Of a stretch of 64,000 nt of DNA, positions 1 to 12,385 are shown in pieces (position 1 is the stretch's first letter; every line of letters starts with the position of its first letter). The DNA is from Anolis carolinensis (lineage: Eukaryota): the NCBI RefSeq assembly GCF_035594765.1, contig NW_026943823.1, positions 7,316,001-7,380,000 on the forward strand, in the 5' to 3' direction. Under the pieces are notes generated by a model. The model was not told the origin of the DNA and ran no database searches. It worked only from the letters and a program-made list of their open reading frames with translations. A program made the position numbers and the translations under genes.

Positions 1-1738
1 TAATAATCTCCATAGGGATGCCTGCCTGGCGGCTATCGTCTATTACTGTTCGCTCAAAGTCGTCCTTCAATGTCTGGAAGTGAAAGGTTACCTGCAGCAA
101 AATAGGTGAAGGTTAATGCTGGTTAGGTCCTATCATTAGTCCAGATTCGATCTTTCTATTTAGAGCCTCTGCTGGAGACCCATCCTCATTTAGAGAATAA
201 GGAGAAACTGCACATCCTTCTACAGGGTTCAGATAAAAACTCTATTTTAAAACTGACCCTTTTTACGCAAAAAGTGCGGGTCATCCGCGAGAAGATGGAA
301 GCGGAGAGCTGTGATATTAATGCCAATAACAAAATCCAAAGTTAAAATTTACTATGGACAAGCCACTAGTTTTACTTACCTTTGCCCCCGTTTAAACCTT
401 ACCTTAAGGAAAAAATTAATTTTAATCTTTTTATTTTGCATTTGCAAAACTACCTAGGAGTGGGTTGGTAGGCTAGTAGGCCGGGATGCTTTGTATCTAT
501 ACATGGTTTTACTGTATGTATGGGTAAGTATGTACTCACATGTTTTGATATGGTCAAAATTAACTAATCAATAAAGAGTTGTTGTTGTTGTTGGTAGTCC
601 AGATCCAAACGACAGGAAACTCTATGTCTTTTTCTGAATCCTTTGATGTTTAGCAGCTAATTTTTAAACTGGGTTGCTGTGAGTTTTCCGGAGTCTATGG
701 CCATGTTCCAGAAGCATTCCCTCCTGACATTTCGCCCACATCTATGGTAGGCATCCCCAGAGGTTGTGAGGTCTGTTGGAAACTAGGCAAGTGGGGCAAA
801 TATACATATACATGTATCTGTGGAATAATGTCATGGGTGGGAGAAATAACTTGTCTGTTTGAGACAAGTGTGAATGTTGCAATTGGCCACCTTGATTAGC
901 ACTGAAAGGCCTTGTAGCTTCAAGGCCTGGCTGATTCCTGCCTGGGGGAATCTTTGGTTGGGAAGCATTAACTGGCCCTAATTGTTTCCTGTCTGGATTT
1001 CCCCTATTTTCTGAGTTTTGTTCTTTATTTACTGTTTTAGAGTGTTTTTAATACTGGCAGTCAGATTTCGTTCATTTTCATGGATTCCTCCTTCCTTTTG
1101 AAATTGTCCACATGCTTGTGGATTTCAATGGCTTCTCGGTGTAGCCTGACATAGTAGTTGTTAAAGTGGTCTCTCATAAAATATGCTGTGTCCAGACCTG
1201 AAACAATCAGGGCCAGCAAACACCTCCCAACAAAGGTTTCCCTCAGGCAGGAATCAGTCAGGTCTTGAATCTGCAAGGCTGTTCAATGCCAATCAAGGTG
1301 GCCAATTGCAACATTCACACTTGTCTTAGACAAGAGTTCTTTCTCCCACCCTGGACATTATTCTGCAGATATATAAACCACACTTGCCTCATTTTCAACA
1401 GAACTCACAACCTCTAATGATGCCTGCCACAGATGTGGGCAAAACATCAGAAGAGAATGCTTCTGGAACATGGCCATACAGCCTGGAAAAATCACAGCAA
1501 CCCAAATTGTGGAATTTTTAAATTGCATTTTCCAGAAAAAAAATAATTTAAATTCCAAGCTTTACGGACGCATTTCCTTTGATCAATTGTTGCGTAATTG
1601 TTAAAAGTTCTGCAAACAGCTCCTGCTCTGGCAGCCACTCACCTTGCTTCCATCCTGGAAATCTGGAAGAACTCCGCAGCCTCCGTGTAAAATCTTTTTC
1701 TTGACGCCTTCCACATTCAGCAGGTATGTTTCTTCCAT
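1..1738 (-). CDS. AIPL1-like (AIP/AIPL1 family FKBP-TPR co-chaperone), coding exons 1-2; gene continues beyond window start
   Basis: Exon 1 at 1738..1643 (96 nt, [32 protein letters not shown], donor GTGAGT). Exon 2 at 91..<1 (acceptor [36 protein letters not shown]). Matches the human AIPL1 N-terminus ([15 protein letters not shown]...[22 protein letters not shown]) and its 96-nt first coding exon. Not in the ORF track. Confidence 0.9.
147..594 (+). mobile_element. 5'-truncated non-LTR retrotransposon 3' end (possibly RTE/RTEX-like)
   Basis: Open frame ending ...[20 protein letters not shown], then AATAAA and a (GTT)n tail. 10-bp TSD TAGTCCAGAT at 137-146 and 595-604. Clade assignment is tentative. 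Confidence 0.7.
670..1504. mobile_element. Penelope-like element fragment with inverted pLTR arrangement
   Basis: Minus-strand part encodes the endonuclease C-terminus ([19 protein letters not shown]). Orientation switches near 1195 and the element ends in CACAGCAACCCA. Degenerate hammerhead motifs at both ends. Confidence 0.8.
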
Positions 1739-1999
1739 GGCTGAGCGGCTCGCAAATCTTTTCTGAGATAAATCTGGTTGAGGAGTTCCTCGCTTAGTGT
1801 TTCACAAGGTTAATTAGAGTCACTTCTACTGATCTGTTTTGCCAAACATCAACATTCTGAATTTTGGTGCTTCCTGAAATCACAAGTGAATCTGTCAAAT
1901 GAAGCAGGAACCTTACTCTGCAGAGACCCTTTCAAAGGAGAGGAAAATGCACACGTATTAACACGGCCTTCCTTCTCCTGATCCTCTCGTCCTTCCAGG

Positions 2000-2006
2000 T
2001 TAATCC
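2000..2006. promoter_or_regulatory. CRX/OTX-type homeodomain site (TTAATCC) upstream of the AIPL1-like ATG
   Basis: TAATCC about 265 bp upstream of the ATG, with further TAAT cores nearby (about 1811-1816 and 2033-2038). Short motif, so it could occur by chance. Confidence 0.4.
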
Positions 2007-2205
2007 TGGATTTGTCTTCTTCATTTGCTTGGAATTAGATCAGGCTGTTTAATAAACAAGAGCTGCCCCTAATATCCTTCTAAACGATGCGAGCCATTTC
2101 TTGAGGCTTGGACCAAGTCGGGGCTGCAGCAGATCACACCAGAGTTTGGAAATAATCTGTGAAAAATTCATTTGCTATTTGTAATGGGTTAAAGTAGTTA
2201 GGTAC

Positions 2206-2510
2206 AGTAAATGTAAAGTTTTTCCCTGACGTTGTCTAGTCGTGTCCAACTCTGGGGGTTGGCGCTCATCTCCATTATTAAGCTGAAGAGCCGGCATTAT
2301 CCATAGACACCTCCAGGGTCATGTGGCCATCGGCATGACTGCATGGAGCACCGTTACTGTCCCACTGTAGTGGTACCTATTTATCTACTCACATTTGCAC
2401 GTTTTCAAACTGCTAGGTTGGCAGAAGCTGGGGCTAACAATGGGAGCTCACTCCACTCCACGGATTCAAACCACTGACCTTTTGATCATTTCAGCAGCTC
2501 AGCGGTTTAA
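2206..2510 (-). mobile_element. Sauria SINE
   Basis: Same sequence family as the full copy at 38917-39253; degenerate (ACCTTT)-type tail at the left end. Confidence 0.85.
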
Positions 2511-2964
2511 TTTATTTATTATTTATTTATTAAAACATTTGTATCCCGCCCTTCTCACCCTATAGGGGACTCAGGGCGGCTTACAATAAAAAACTACAGT
2601 GCAAATCAATTAAAATTAATTAGTTAATTAATTACAACATTTAACCCACTATTACTAAAATTCAGTTTCACAATAGTTAACCACCAGCACTATTTCTTTC
2701 TTTTTAAAAAAAATGTTTTTATTAAGTGTTTCTGTACATAGAAATACCACCAGCACTATTTCTAAATAATTTGCAATTGGATCATTTGGAGGAAGAGGGG
2801 CAACTGTTAGTAACAAATCAATAAGTATTCACAGCAACCCAGTAAATTCATCAGCTTTTTTTCAAAAAATATGTCAGCAAACTGGATATAATAACTGGAC
2901 ATTATGCCATTGCAGTTCACATGTGCAGTGACCAAATACAATGGGAAATACAGCTACATGATGT

Positions 2965-3359
2965 ACCCATATATACTTGAGTATAAGCCGACCCGAATAT
3001 AAGCCGAGGCACCTAATTTTACCACAAAAACTGGGAAAACTTATTGACTCAAGTATAAGACGAGAGTGGGAAATGCAGCAGCTACGGGTCAATTTCAAAA
3101 ATAAAATAGATATTAATAAAATTGCATTATTTGAGGCATCAGTAGGTTAAATGTTTTTGAATATTTATATAAAACTGTAATTTAATATAATAATAAGACT
3201 TTAATAAGATAAGACTGTCCAATTCTGAATACCTATATACTCAAGTATAAGCCGACCTGAATAGAAGCCAGCCAGGACCCTCACTCGAGTATAAGCCGAG
3301 GGGAGCTTTTTTAGCCCTAAAAAAGGGCTGAAAAACTAGGCTTATACTCAAGTATATAC
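2965..3359. mobile_element. Non-autonomous Tc1/mariner-pogo type DNA transposon
   Basis: Terminal inverted repeats TATATACTTGAGTATAAGCC ... GGCTTATACTCAAGTATATA, with internal subterminal TATAAGCCGA repeats. Confidence 0.7.
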
Positions 3360-4374
3360 ATTAATTATGTATTATTATTATTATTAAATTTATAGAGGAT
3401 ATTATACAATGTTTTTCAGAAAGGATAAAAATAATAACATTCTGGGTTGCTGTGAGTTTTCTGGAATGTATGGCTATGTTCCTGAAGCACTCTCCCCTGA
3501 CGTTTTGCCACATCTATGGCAGGTATCCTCAGAGGTTGTGAGGTCTGTTGGAAACGAGGCAGGTTTGATTTATATACCTGAAAGAACTCTTGTCTGCTTG
3601 ATTAGCATTGAAAAGTCATTCTGCTCCCTCTCTTTAAACGTCCTTCTGAAAACTTTAAAATTATGCAAGACAAGGAAAACAAAGGAACGTAACAGAGAAT
3701 AATAACTAGGAATGTGAGAACTGCAGAGAAGCTATGGTTTCTCCCCCTCCACACACACACACACAATACTGGACTTTTTGCAATAATAGTTAAAACCATC
3801 AATAGAAGACCATGACATATTTATCTGTATCATGAGAGATTGTTCGCATTGGGTACATTGACAAACTGAATGAGACACAACTTAATTTGCATTTTATTTC
3901 TTTTTTGCAAACACAATTTTAATAAAATCCCAACACAGGAAGGAAGGTTTCCCCTTCTTTGGGCAAGCAATACTTCAGCTAGAGGGAGCAAACTTTGACT
4001 TTCCACATGTTTCGCCCTGTAATGCCAAAAGTCCAATGCCTCTAAAAACCTAAGAGTTTTGCACAGTTCCATGAAAAAGAAGGAAAGATTAAGTCGCCTC
4101 CAGAGACCAAGATGACTGCAGCGAAATGAACAGGCTTCGTACTTCAGAGAACTTTCCTCGTTTCAAAAATGTGCCTGAATGTCTAGTCCGTTATCTATAT
4201 GACAGCAGCTTTGGAACAAGGGGAAATCCTTACAGTCGCTAGTGCTTGCCTGAGCTGTCAGCCATAGATCCCCCTGAATCAGAAATTGGAGAATCCAATG
4301 TCTGGAGCACAAAAGGAACATTCAGACACTCTGAAAGTGGTATCACGGCACCGCTGGGAGATTCAAATGGGGCC

Positions 4375-7300
4375 TCACTTCTCCATAATGGCTTCCAGTT
4401 GTTCCTGGAGGGAGGCCAGCTGTACAGAAATAAAGAAAAATAACAATAATAATAATGTTATTTTTGTAACCTGCTCTATCTCCCTGAATGGACTTCGGGG
4501 CAGCTTACATGGGGACGATCCCAATTAACATAGTTAAAATATAAAATATGAACATACCAAGTACACACATGGTACAAAGAAGTGCATAAACAATAACATA
4601 AAAACATTGTACAATAATTTTTGTTACATGTTTTCACAACATTGGAAAAGTGTGAGACAAAACAGGAGCATCTCTTCTTCCTGACATCCCAAAAATAGAA
4701 AGAGGGGAAGCTGTCCAAATTCACAGCCTTTCCTCTATTGCTAGCATTGCAGTACCAACAGACTCCTTACCTGCTGCTTCTCTCGCTCCTCCTGCTGTTT
4801 GAACTCATCCAGCACAGCTTGGAGACGAGTCTGGAAAAGGACAACAATAGAAACAAGTTTTAGCCAGAATCCTCTTTGTGGCTTACTCCAATATAACATA
4901 CTAGCTGTGCCCGGCCACGCGTTGCTGTGGCTGATGGGAATCATTTGTTGACCAGTTGGAATAGCAGTGAATAGCCTTGCAGTCTTAAAGTCTGGGTGTT
5001 TTCTCCTTACGTGAATCCTTGTTTGGCGAGCTGGAATACAATGGAATAGGTTTCCTGCTTGGAAGGCTGGGTATTTGCGTTGTAGGGAAATGGTTTTTTA
5101 GCCAATTTGAATGGCACTGAATAGCCTCGCTGTTTCAAAGACTGACTGCTTTCTACATAGGGGCATCCTTTCTTGGGCAGGCTGAATGAGACGAAGTAGC
5201 CTCATGGCTTAAAACCCTGAGGGTGCACTATGAAGGGGAAATCTTGCTTGGTTAGGCTGAACAGCACTGAATAGCCTTGCTGTTTGGAAGCCTGGTTGTT
5301 TCCTGCCTGGGGGAATCCCTTGTTGGGAGGTGTTAGCTGGCTCAGTTGTTTCCTTTCTGGAATTTAGAGGCCTCCATCTAAAAAAAACCTAAACCCAAAC
5401 ATTGGGGCCTGGGGGCCTCCCTCCTTGGGGCCAGGGCGCTTCCCGGCCTTGAGGCGTTTATCTCCAAAAGAAAAGAGTTAAAAGAAAGGAAACCTTGGTC
5501 CTTGCGGCCTCCCTCCGGCCTGGTGGGAGGCGGAGGTGGATCTTGGGGGGGAAGGTTCGGGCTCCGGCTCTCTCGTGGCCGGGGCCGCCCTGAGACCTGC
5601 GGGGCACGGAGGAGCCTGCAATGGTCTTCATGGGGAGGGGGGGGCCTTTCTGGAAGCCCCCCCCCTCGCCTTCGGCTCTGCAGGCCTCCACATCCCAAAA
5701 AAAGAAAGAAAAGAAATCTTGGGGCCACACGGCCTCGGGAGGCTGAGGTGGGTCGGGGGGGGGGGGCTTGCTCCGGCCTGTGGCGCATGGAGGAGGGGGC
5801 GCTTGGGGGGGGGGGGTTGTTCTACGCCTGCTGGGGCCCCGCCACGGCCTGAGAATGTTTACTCCGCGGCCCAACCGCGTGGAGGCCCCTCCTCCTCCTC
5901 CGACCACCATGGGGCCTTCCAGCCAGGCTGACGGCTGGGGGTTTAAGGTCCCATGGAGGTTTTGGATGGGATTTTTTATTGTATCAACCTAGAGGCGTGG
6001 ATTATGGGTTGTGTTGTCCAATTTCAAGGTTGGGGGGCCCGTAGTTTAGTTGTTTTGCTCGGTGCCGCGATGCCATCACTCTTTTATATATATAAAGAAG
6101 TACATTTTTCCAGTGCCTCACTTCCTCAACAATTACACTATGTAACAAAATTTGAAAAAACGTTCTGTTCCTGGTTTGAAAGTGTTATTTCCTGTTTAAT
6201 TGTGCAGTCCCGACTTTGAAAGTAGTTTTTTTACTCCAGAAACTTCATTTTTGTAGCTGTCACCTGTCAATTTCCCCAATCTCTGCTAAAGTGACCAGGC
6301 CTCCAGAGATATAATGAAAACAAGGGACAAGAGTGCAGGGTTCACCTTGAGCGCCAGGTTCTCGACTTTCATGATGAGTTCTTCTTGGCGCTTCCTGCGC
6401 TCTTGGGTCTCCTGCAGCTTGCCCTTCAGGTTGTCAATCTGCTTCTGGATGCCCATCGCTGGAAGGCAGAGCAGATTTGCTTTTTCTTTTATCACAAATT
6501 AAAATCCCCATTATCCCCAAACCACATGGTGAATAATCTAAAGTGATGGGAGCTGTCATTCAATAATATCTAGGGGCCCACGCTGGGGAGAAGCTAAAGA
6601 GCACCGATCACTATATAATATAATATATTTTATGTACATATATTGATACTAATATTGTAATGTAATTCAATATAATACTAATAATAATACAATATATGTA
6701 TTATATATATTAAATGTAATATTACTAATAATATTACTGTATAGTGGAATAGTACAATATAGTGATGTACAATGCTTATATTGTGCTATACTGATAATAT
6801 AATATGTTGTATATGCATATAGTGTTGATAGTAATATTGTAATGTAATGCAATATACTAATAATACAATATAATATTTATTGTATATGATATACTGAATG
6901 TAGTATTACTACTGATATTGCTGTATGGTGTTATGGTGCAGTGTAGCAGTATACAATGCTGGTGTTGTGCTGTGTTAATAATATAATATATTGTATGTAC
7001 ATATGACTTGTGGGCTACTCTGAGTCCCCTTCAGGGTGAGAAGGGCGGGATATAAATATTGATATTTAAATATTCAAACTAACAGCCAGTGTAACTTACA
7101 TCTATTTTTTTAACATAACTCAAAATATAAAATTTTTATTTATTTTTGTTAAGAAAATGACTGACTAGTTTATCTCTATTTCCCCTGATAAACTATTGTG
7201 TTTTGCCTAGGACAGATACATTTCTGAGTTAACAGCTAGATTCCATATTTATATTTAACTCTAAAGAGGCTTCTGATGAAACTATAGGTGAACTTTTTAC

Positions 7301-7379
7301 AGAATTTTTGTAATGTTTATGACTTTTAATTATGTTGTAGCCTGCCTCGAGCCATGAGGAGAAACAGATAAGAAATAAA

Positions 7380-7430
<51 letters not shown>

Positions 7431-10400
7431 GCCCACCCATTACCTCCTATACGCTTAATATCAGCATGCCACTCCATATGTATTCTACCTCAATTGTGAA
7501 CACAACATAGATAAATCTCTTCCCAACATTCGATGAAAAGCTGCATACATTCGTGCTTTTGGAAAGCCTAATGAAGGTATTCTCCTAAGAAAAAGAGATT
7601 TCCTAGGTCTTCTCACCTATCTGATTGGCCCCTTCGTTTTCTTGCTGCTGCCCACTGTTTTCGTTCATCTTCCCCTGCAGCCTCCTCTCCAGATCTTCTT
7701 CGGTGTCCATTATGTTCAGGTCTTCGTCATCATGGCGATCCCGCTCATCCTCATCGCTGCTGGTGCTGCTGACATCCTTGAACAGCTCCCGGAGCTCATC
7801 ATGTTCTACTAGATGGAAGCAGAAGAGAACAGGAGATTTGTGGCTGTTGGAGTCCAAAACACCTGGAGGGCTGAAGTTTGCCCATGCCTACCCTATACAC
7901 ATATTGTAAACATCCAGTATCATTCTCTTAACCCAGCACCTTCATCTAGTTACATCCTGGATGACTTTTTTCATACTTCCTGACACAAGAAATTTCCCAA
8001 GCTGTCCAAAGATAAGCATCTAATTCTACTCAGATATTTCCCTGCTGATTAAATCATAGCTCTTTAAAAGTAAATAAGAGTTATATCATTGACTGATCTC
8101 TATCCCATCACAGACATTATGATGAAAATGTTTAAAATCAGCATATGTGTATCAGCAACATACAAACAAATAAAGCTGATTTAGAATATTTATCCTCTAG
8201 CCCAGCATGGCCTTACTCTGACAGGTAGCAGCTCATCCTAATATCTCAGGGTTCAAAAGACCTCAATTCTTTCATCGCCCAGAAACAGATCTTTTTCAGT
8301 GGAAATGCTGGACCAAACCTGGCAGCTTCTACAAGCGAGGCTTATGCTTTACCATTAAGCTTGAATTGAGAAGTATAGCAAATAGGATAGTACCCAAGGA
8401 ACCATGGCTTTGCTTGTGCCCAGACATCCTGGGAGAAGAAATATCCAGACTGGTGAGGGAACCATGGTTGTCCGCTTCTTTTGTTTCATCTTCAGCAATG
8501 ACTTCCCAGCCTGAGAGCAGGAGTGAAAGAGTCAAGGGAAACCCAGATCAATTGGAAGGTGTACTTTGGGTGGAAATAACAGAGACAGTGCTGTGTAGTG
8601 ATTTAAGTATTGTATTAGGAGACTGGAATTTAAATCCCCAGTCACAGAAAAGGGGGGGGGATTTTCACCAATGACATTGGGCAAGTCACATTCTCTCAGC
8701 CTCACAGAAAGGCAAACCCCATCTGAACAAATTCTGTAAGAGGAACAACATGGTAGAAATAGTTGGAAAGAAATAGCATGATTGGAAAAGTTACACTTCC
8801 AGGGCTGTAGCCATGTGGTCATGATTGCTTTTAACTTATTTTTCCTCTAAAGTCAAGAAATTTAGGCTCAGCATTCTCTCATGTCATGAAAGTTTGGCTC
8901 CCAACCTCTTGTTTATAGAAATACCAACAGAACCACTTTTTTGTCTACTTGTGGAGAGAAAAATCAGAATATAATCATAATAATAATAATGACAACAACT
9001 TGAGAAGTGTCCGATGTGTGATCAAATACAAAAGCCAGCATAGTGATATTATTTGCTGTGTACTAATCTTGTTGTGTATCAAGTAATAATAACAACAACA
9101 ATCAGTGTAACAATGAGTCTGAAAAGTATCCTTTTCTTAAGAAACCTTACAAGGCTGCTTTTTAAAAATATTCCCATTACATGTTACAGTATTTGGAATA
9201 CATTTCACAGCTGTTATTTATTAGAGTCTATTAAAAGTAGCCTTGTAAGGTCTCTAAGAAAATGATACTTTTCAGACTCAGTGTTTCACTGATTGTTATT
9301 ATTATCATCATTCTTTATTTATAAATGAGAATGCTATGAAGCTTGAAACCAAGCAAATATTGTTATGAACAAATTAATATTGTGAAGTATAAGTTGAGTT
9401 GATATTTAATTAACTGGGGAGTGTGTCATTTAAAGTTCAACTTCCTAACTATCATCTCAAGGAGAGAGAAAGATGAGAAAAGGAAAGTGAAAGAATCTAG
9501 AGAGGAAAAGTGAGTCCTGATTTTATAAAAAGGATACGAACACTGACAGCTTCAGCATCGGTGCTCAGCAGGCGTTTCACTTCCTTCTCCACATCTGGAG
9601 ACTCAATGTACTGGGCCAGGAAGAGAAAAAGAGTGGTATTGCAAGTTAGTTGCTTCCTCAGTAAAAATACGTGATCATCTTGAGTCTAACAAACAATAGC
9701 GTTGATATAGCGCAATTACAACTCACTTTCTTCTTAGCTGTCTTCCTGAACCGCCTCTTTCTCACATTCTTCAGTGGGAGAGTAACTGAAAGAACACACA
9801 GAAAATAATGAAACTATGTAAAAAAATAGAGATAAGTCAAAGGTAAAAATGAAGAAAAGAATCCAGCTTCTGATGAGATGGCAGAATGGAAGACAGCATT
9901 CCTCACACACATGGATTGGGTCTTGATAGTACTAACAAACAATATTCTATCCCCTTCAAAATCCACGTGAGAACTTTATGGAGAAGCTTAGCTAATTTTT
10001 AGAAGCAAAGATGTACCGGCGGATATTTCCTCCACTCACTTCCATGGTTCCAGATAAATTTCTTCTCTCTATCCTTGTCCTTCTTCTTGTTGGCTTTCGG
10101 ATCGGTACTGACAACCGGCTCTTCCACAGTGGGGTAGAGTTCGCCATCTATGGTGCACACAAGCATCTGAAGGACCCAAAATAAATAAATAGGGAAGCAG
10201 AAGTATTAAAAACTTAAAGAGAACCAAAAACAAATCTGGGATGTATTTACACTGTAGAATTAATGCTGTTTGACAACACTTGGGCTTGCTCAGTACTTTA
10301 TTCATGGGAGTTGTAGTTTTACTAGTCTTTAGCCTTCTCTAACTACAATTCCCATAATTCCATAGAAGTTCAAGTGGGATCAAACTGTAAATTTCCAGCT

Positions 10401-11995
10401 GAGCAGAAAAATACAACAATGGAGTGGGCAATCGATGGGCAACCGTGATACTTACCTGACATATATCTGCTGTCTTATAGAAAGTTTTCTTATCAATAGT
10501 TTTTAAGCTTTCAGTGATGCAAGGCAAGTCCACCAGTTTGGCAGCTAATGGGACATGGTCAACTCGCACAATCCCATGGCGCCCATCTCCTGCAGATAGA
10601 AAGTGATCATATACTGGAATACATCACATTGGTAGGTACTTCACTAAGAGTTTACTCAGCTAGTTCACAAAGGCAAGCAAATCACTTGGGAGTACTGTAA
10701 CATCTAACAGTCACTTCCCAATGTGAATGGCCCATCAAACAAGTATCTCACGTAACCTCAAATGCAGGAGAATTGTATGCAATTGGCTGTCAGTCAACAA
10801 GTGTATGGAAAAATCATATTATTTATTTATGTATTTATTTATTATTTGCTACATTTATATGCCGTCCTTCTCACCCCAAAGGGGACTCAGAGTGGCTTAC
10901 AAATTACATTCACATACAATACATTATATTATTAGCATAGTACAATATTAGCATTAAATTACTATATTGTACTATATCACGACGTATGCATGCCTTAAAA
11001 CCAATATGAGAAATTAGATAGATGGGACTTCTGTAGTCCTATGTCAATGATGGGCAACCTTTTGCACTTGGTGTGTCAAAATTCACCAAAAAACCTAGCA
11101 TGACTTGGGTGGTGTGTCACTTTGAGAAAAAAAACCATAATTTCGCAATATGTATCATTTAAATAACAAAAATGTATAATTGTAATATATAACTGTATTT
11201 AATAAATCAAAAACTATTTACTACCATTATTTCCATGTACAACAATCTATGGTACCTCTTGCAGTTTCCACACTGATTTCTCTCTATTATAGTTTCAATG
11301 TAGTCTTGAATAATGAATAATATAATAATAATATAGTAATAATATAATAATATACAATTATAGTAGAATAATAATAGAATAATAGAATATATATATATAT
11401 ATATAAACGTAATGTGCATAATTCCCATGGAGTAAATAACAAAACCACTGGACCAAATCACACCAAATTTGGCCACAAAAGACATAGTCATCCAATCAAT
11501 CTGCATGTGGCAGCGTATCACCAAAAATGGCTAGGCGTGTCAGTGCTGACGCGTGTCATAGGTTGGCCATCACTGTCCTATGTACTACCCCTGAAATTGC
11601 CATCATGGGAGTCCAAGATGTTTTAATAACCCTGGGCAATTTGAACTTCAGAGTATAATTAATAACCCAAGACTTGGATAATCAGAAAAAATCAAGTCCA
11701 AAATAACACCATCCTGGTTGATGTTGTCTCCTTACCATGAAGTTCAATGGTGAGCCTGTCCTTCAAGTTGACACTCCCAGATTGCACTGCTCTCCGCACT
11801 GTAGACGCATATTCCTGAAGAGACAAGTGGAGTGAACGTGGTGAAATGAGAGGCAAAGATACACAATGAAACAATATCAGACAGCAAGCATAAAGCACTT
11901 TTCTGTTATTTGTTGCCAGGGCCACTTACTGGAGGCAGTCGCAGAATAAACTGGCTCTCCAGCTCATGGGGCACATCGTCCTTACTCTTACTCAT
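4375..11995 (-). CDS. TAF7: TFIID subunit 7 (TAF7-type protein at the TAF7L-syntenic locus), 11 coding exons, 354 aa
   Basis: Exons 11995-11930, 11814-11736, 10589-10456, 10166-10040, 9785-9727, 9610-9538, 8510-8394, 7808-7617, 6458-6346, 4830-4771, 4419-4375; total 1065 nt, all phases consistent. Protein MSKSKDDVPHELESQFILRLPPEYASTVRRAVQSG...KKKYIESPDVEKEVKRLL...LASLQEQLEAIMEK*. Candidate poly(A) signal at 3893-3898. Confidence 0.95.
4901..6098 (-). mobile_element. Non-autonomous Helitron (copy 1)
   Basis: Minus-strand 3' end GCCACAGCAACGCGTGGCCGGGCACAGCTAG|T (subterminal hairpin plus CTAG). 5' end TC-T-TATATATATAAAAGAGTGATGGCATC. Same termini as the copy at 60483-61036. Confidence 0.8.
7379..7430. 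repeat. (TAT)n microsatellite
   Basis: About 17 perfect TTA/ATT units. Confidence 0.95.
8511..9537 (-). other. U12-type (minor spliceosome) GT-AG intron of TAF7
   Basis: 5' splice site GTATCCTTTT (9537-9528). Branch-like TTCCCTTGAC (8540-8531) about 22 nt from the CAG acceptor. Confidence 0.85.
11045..11575. mobile_element. Non-autonomous hAT DNA transposon
   Basis: TIRs CAATGATGGGCAACC / GGTTGGCCATCACTG and an 8-bp TSD TCCTATGT (11037-11044, 11576-11583). Confidence 0.85.
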
Positions 11996-12385
11996 CTTCA
12001 GTTCTTGTGCATTCAGGAAAGTAGAGAAGACAAGGCATGGTTACACTACAACCTAGCAATGAACCTCTCAACACCTTTTGTTATCCAACTGGCTGCTAGG
12101 AGTCACAATGCAGCAGGACACAAAAACACAAGCACCTTATTTGAAGGATTGAGGTGGGGGGACCCATTAACCTATGCATTAAAGCACATTCCAGGCCTAA
12201 AGGCACTGATGTGACTCAAAGTTTGAGAAACAAAAGCTGTGAGCTGAAAGCATCTATAGATATACATGTATAGATATAGATATAGAAGTCAAACCATGCA
12301 TGTATGTATGTGCCATAAAGGTTGGGCTTCACCCCATCTCAGCTGCCCTGAGTCCCTTCGGGGAGATGGAGGAGGGGTATAAATA

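Noticed and set aside
5378-5992. Several overlapping 74-150 aa Pro/Gly/Arg-rich ORFs
   Set aside because: Stop-poor GC-rich tract inside a Helitron; no recognisable domain or splice context.
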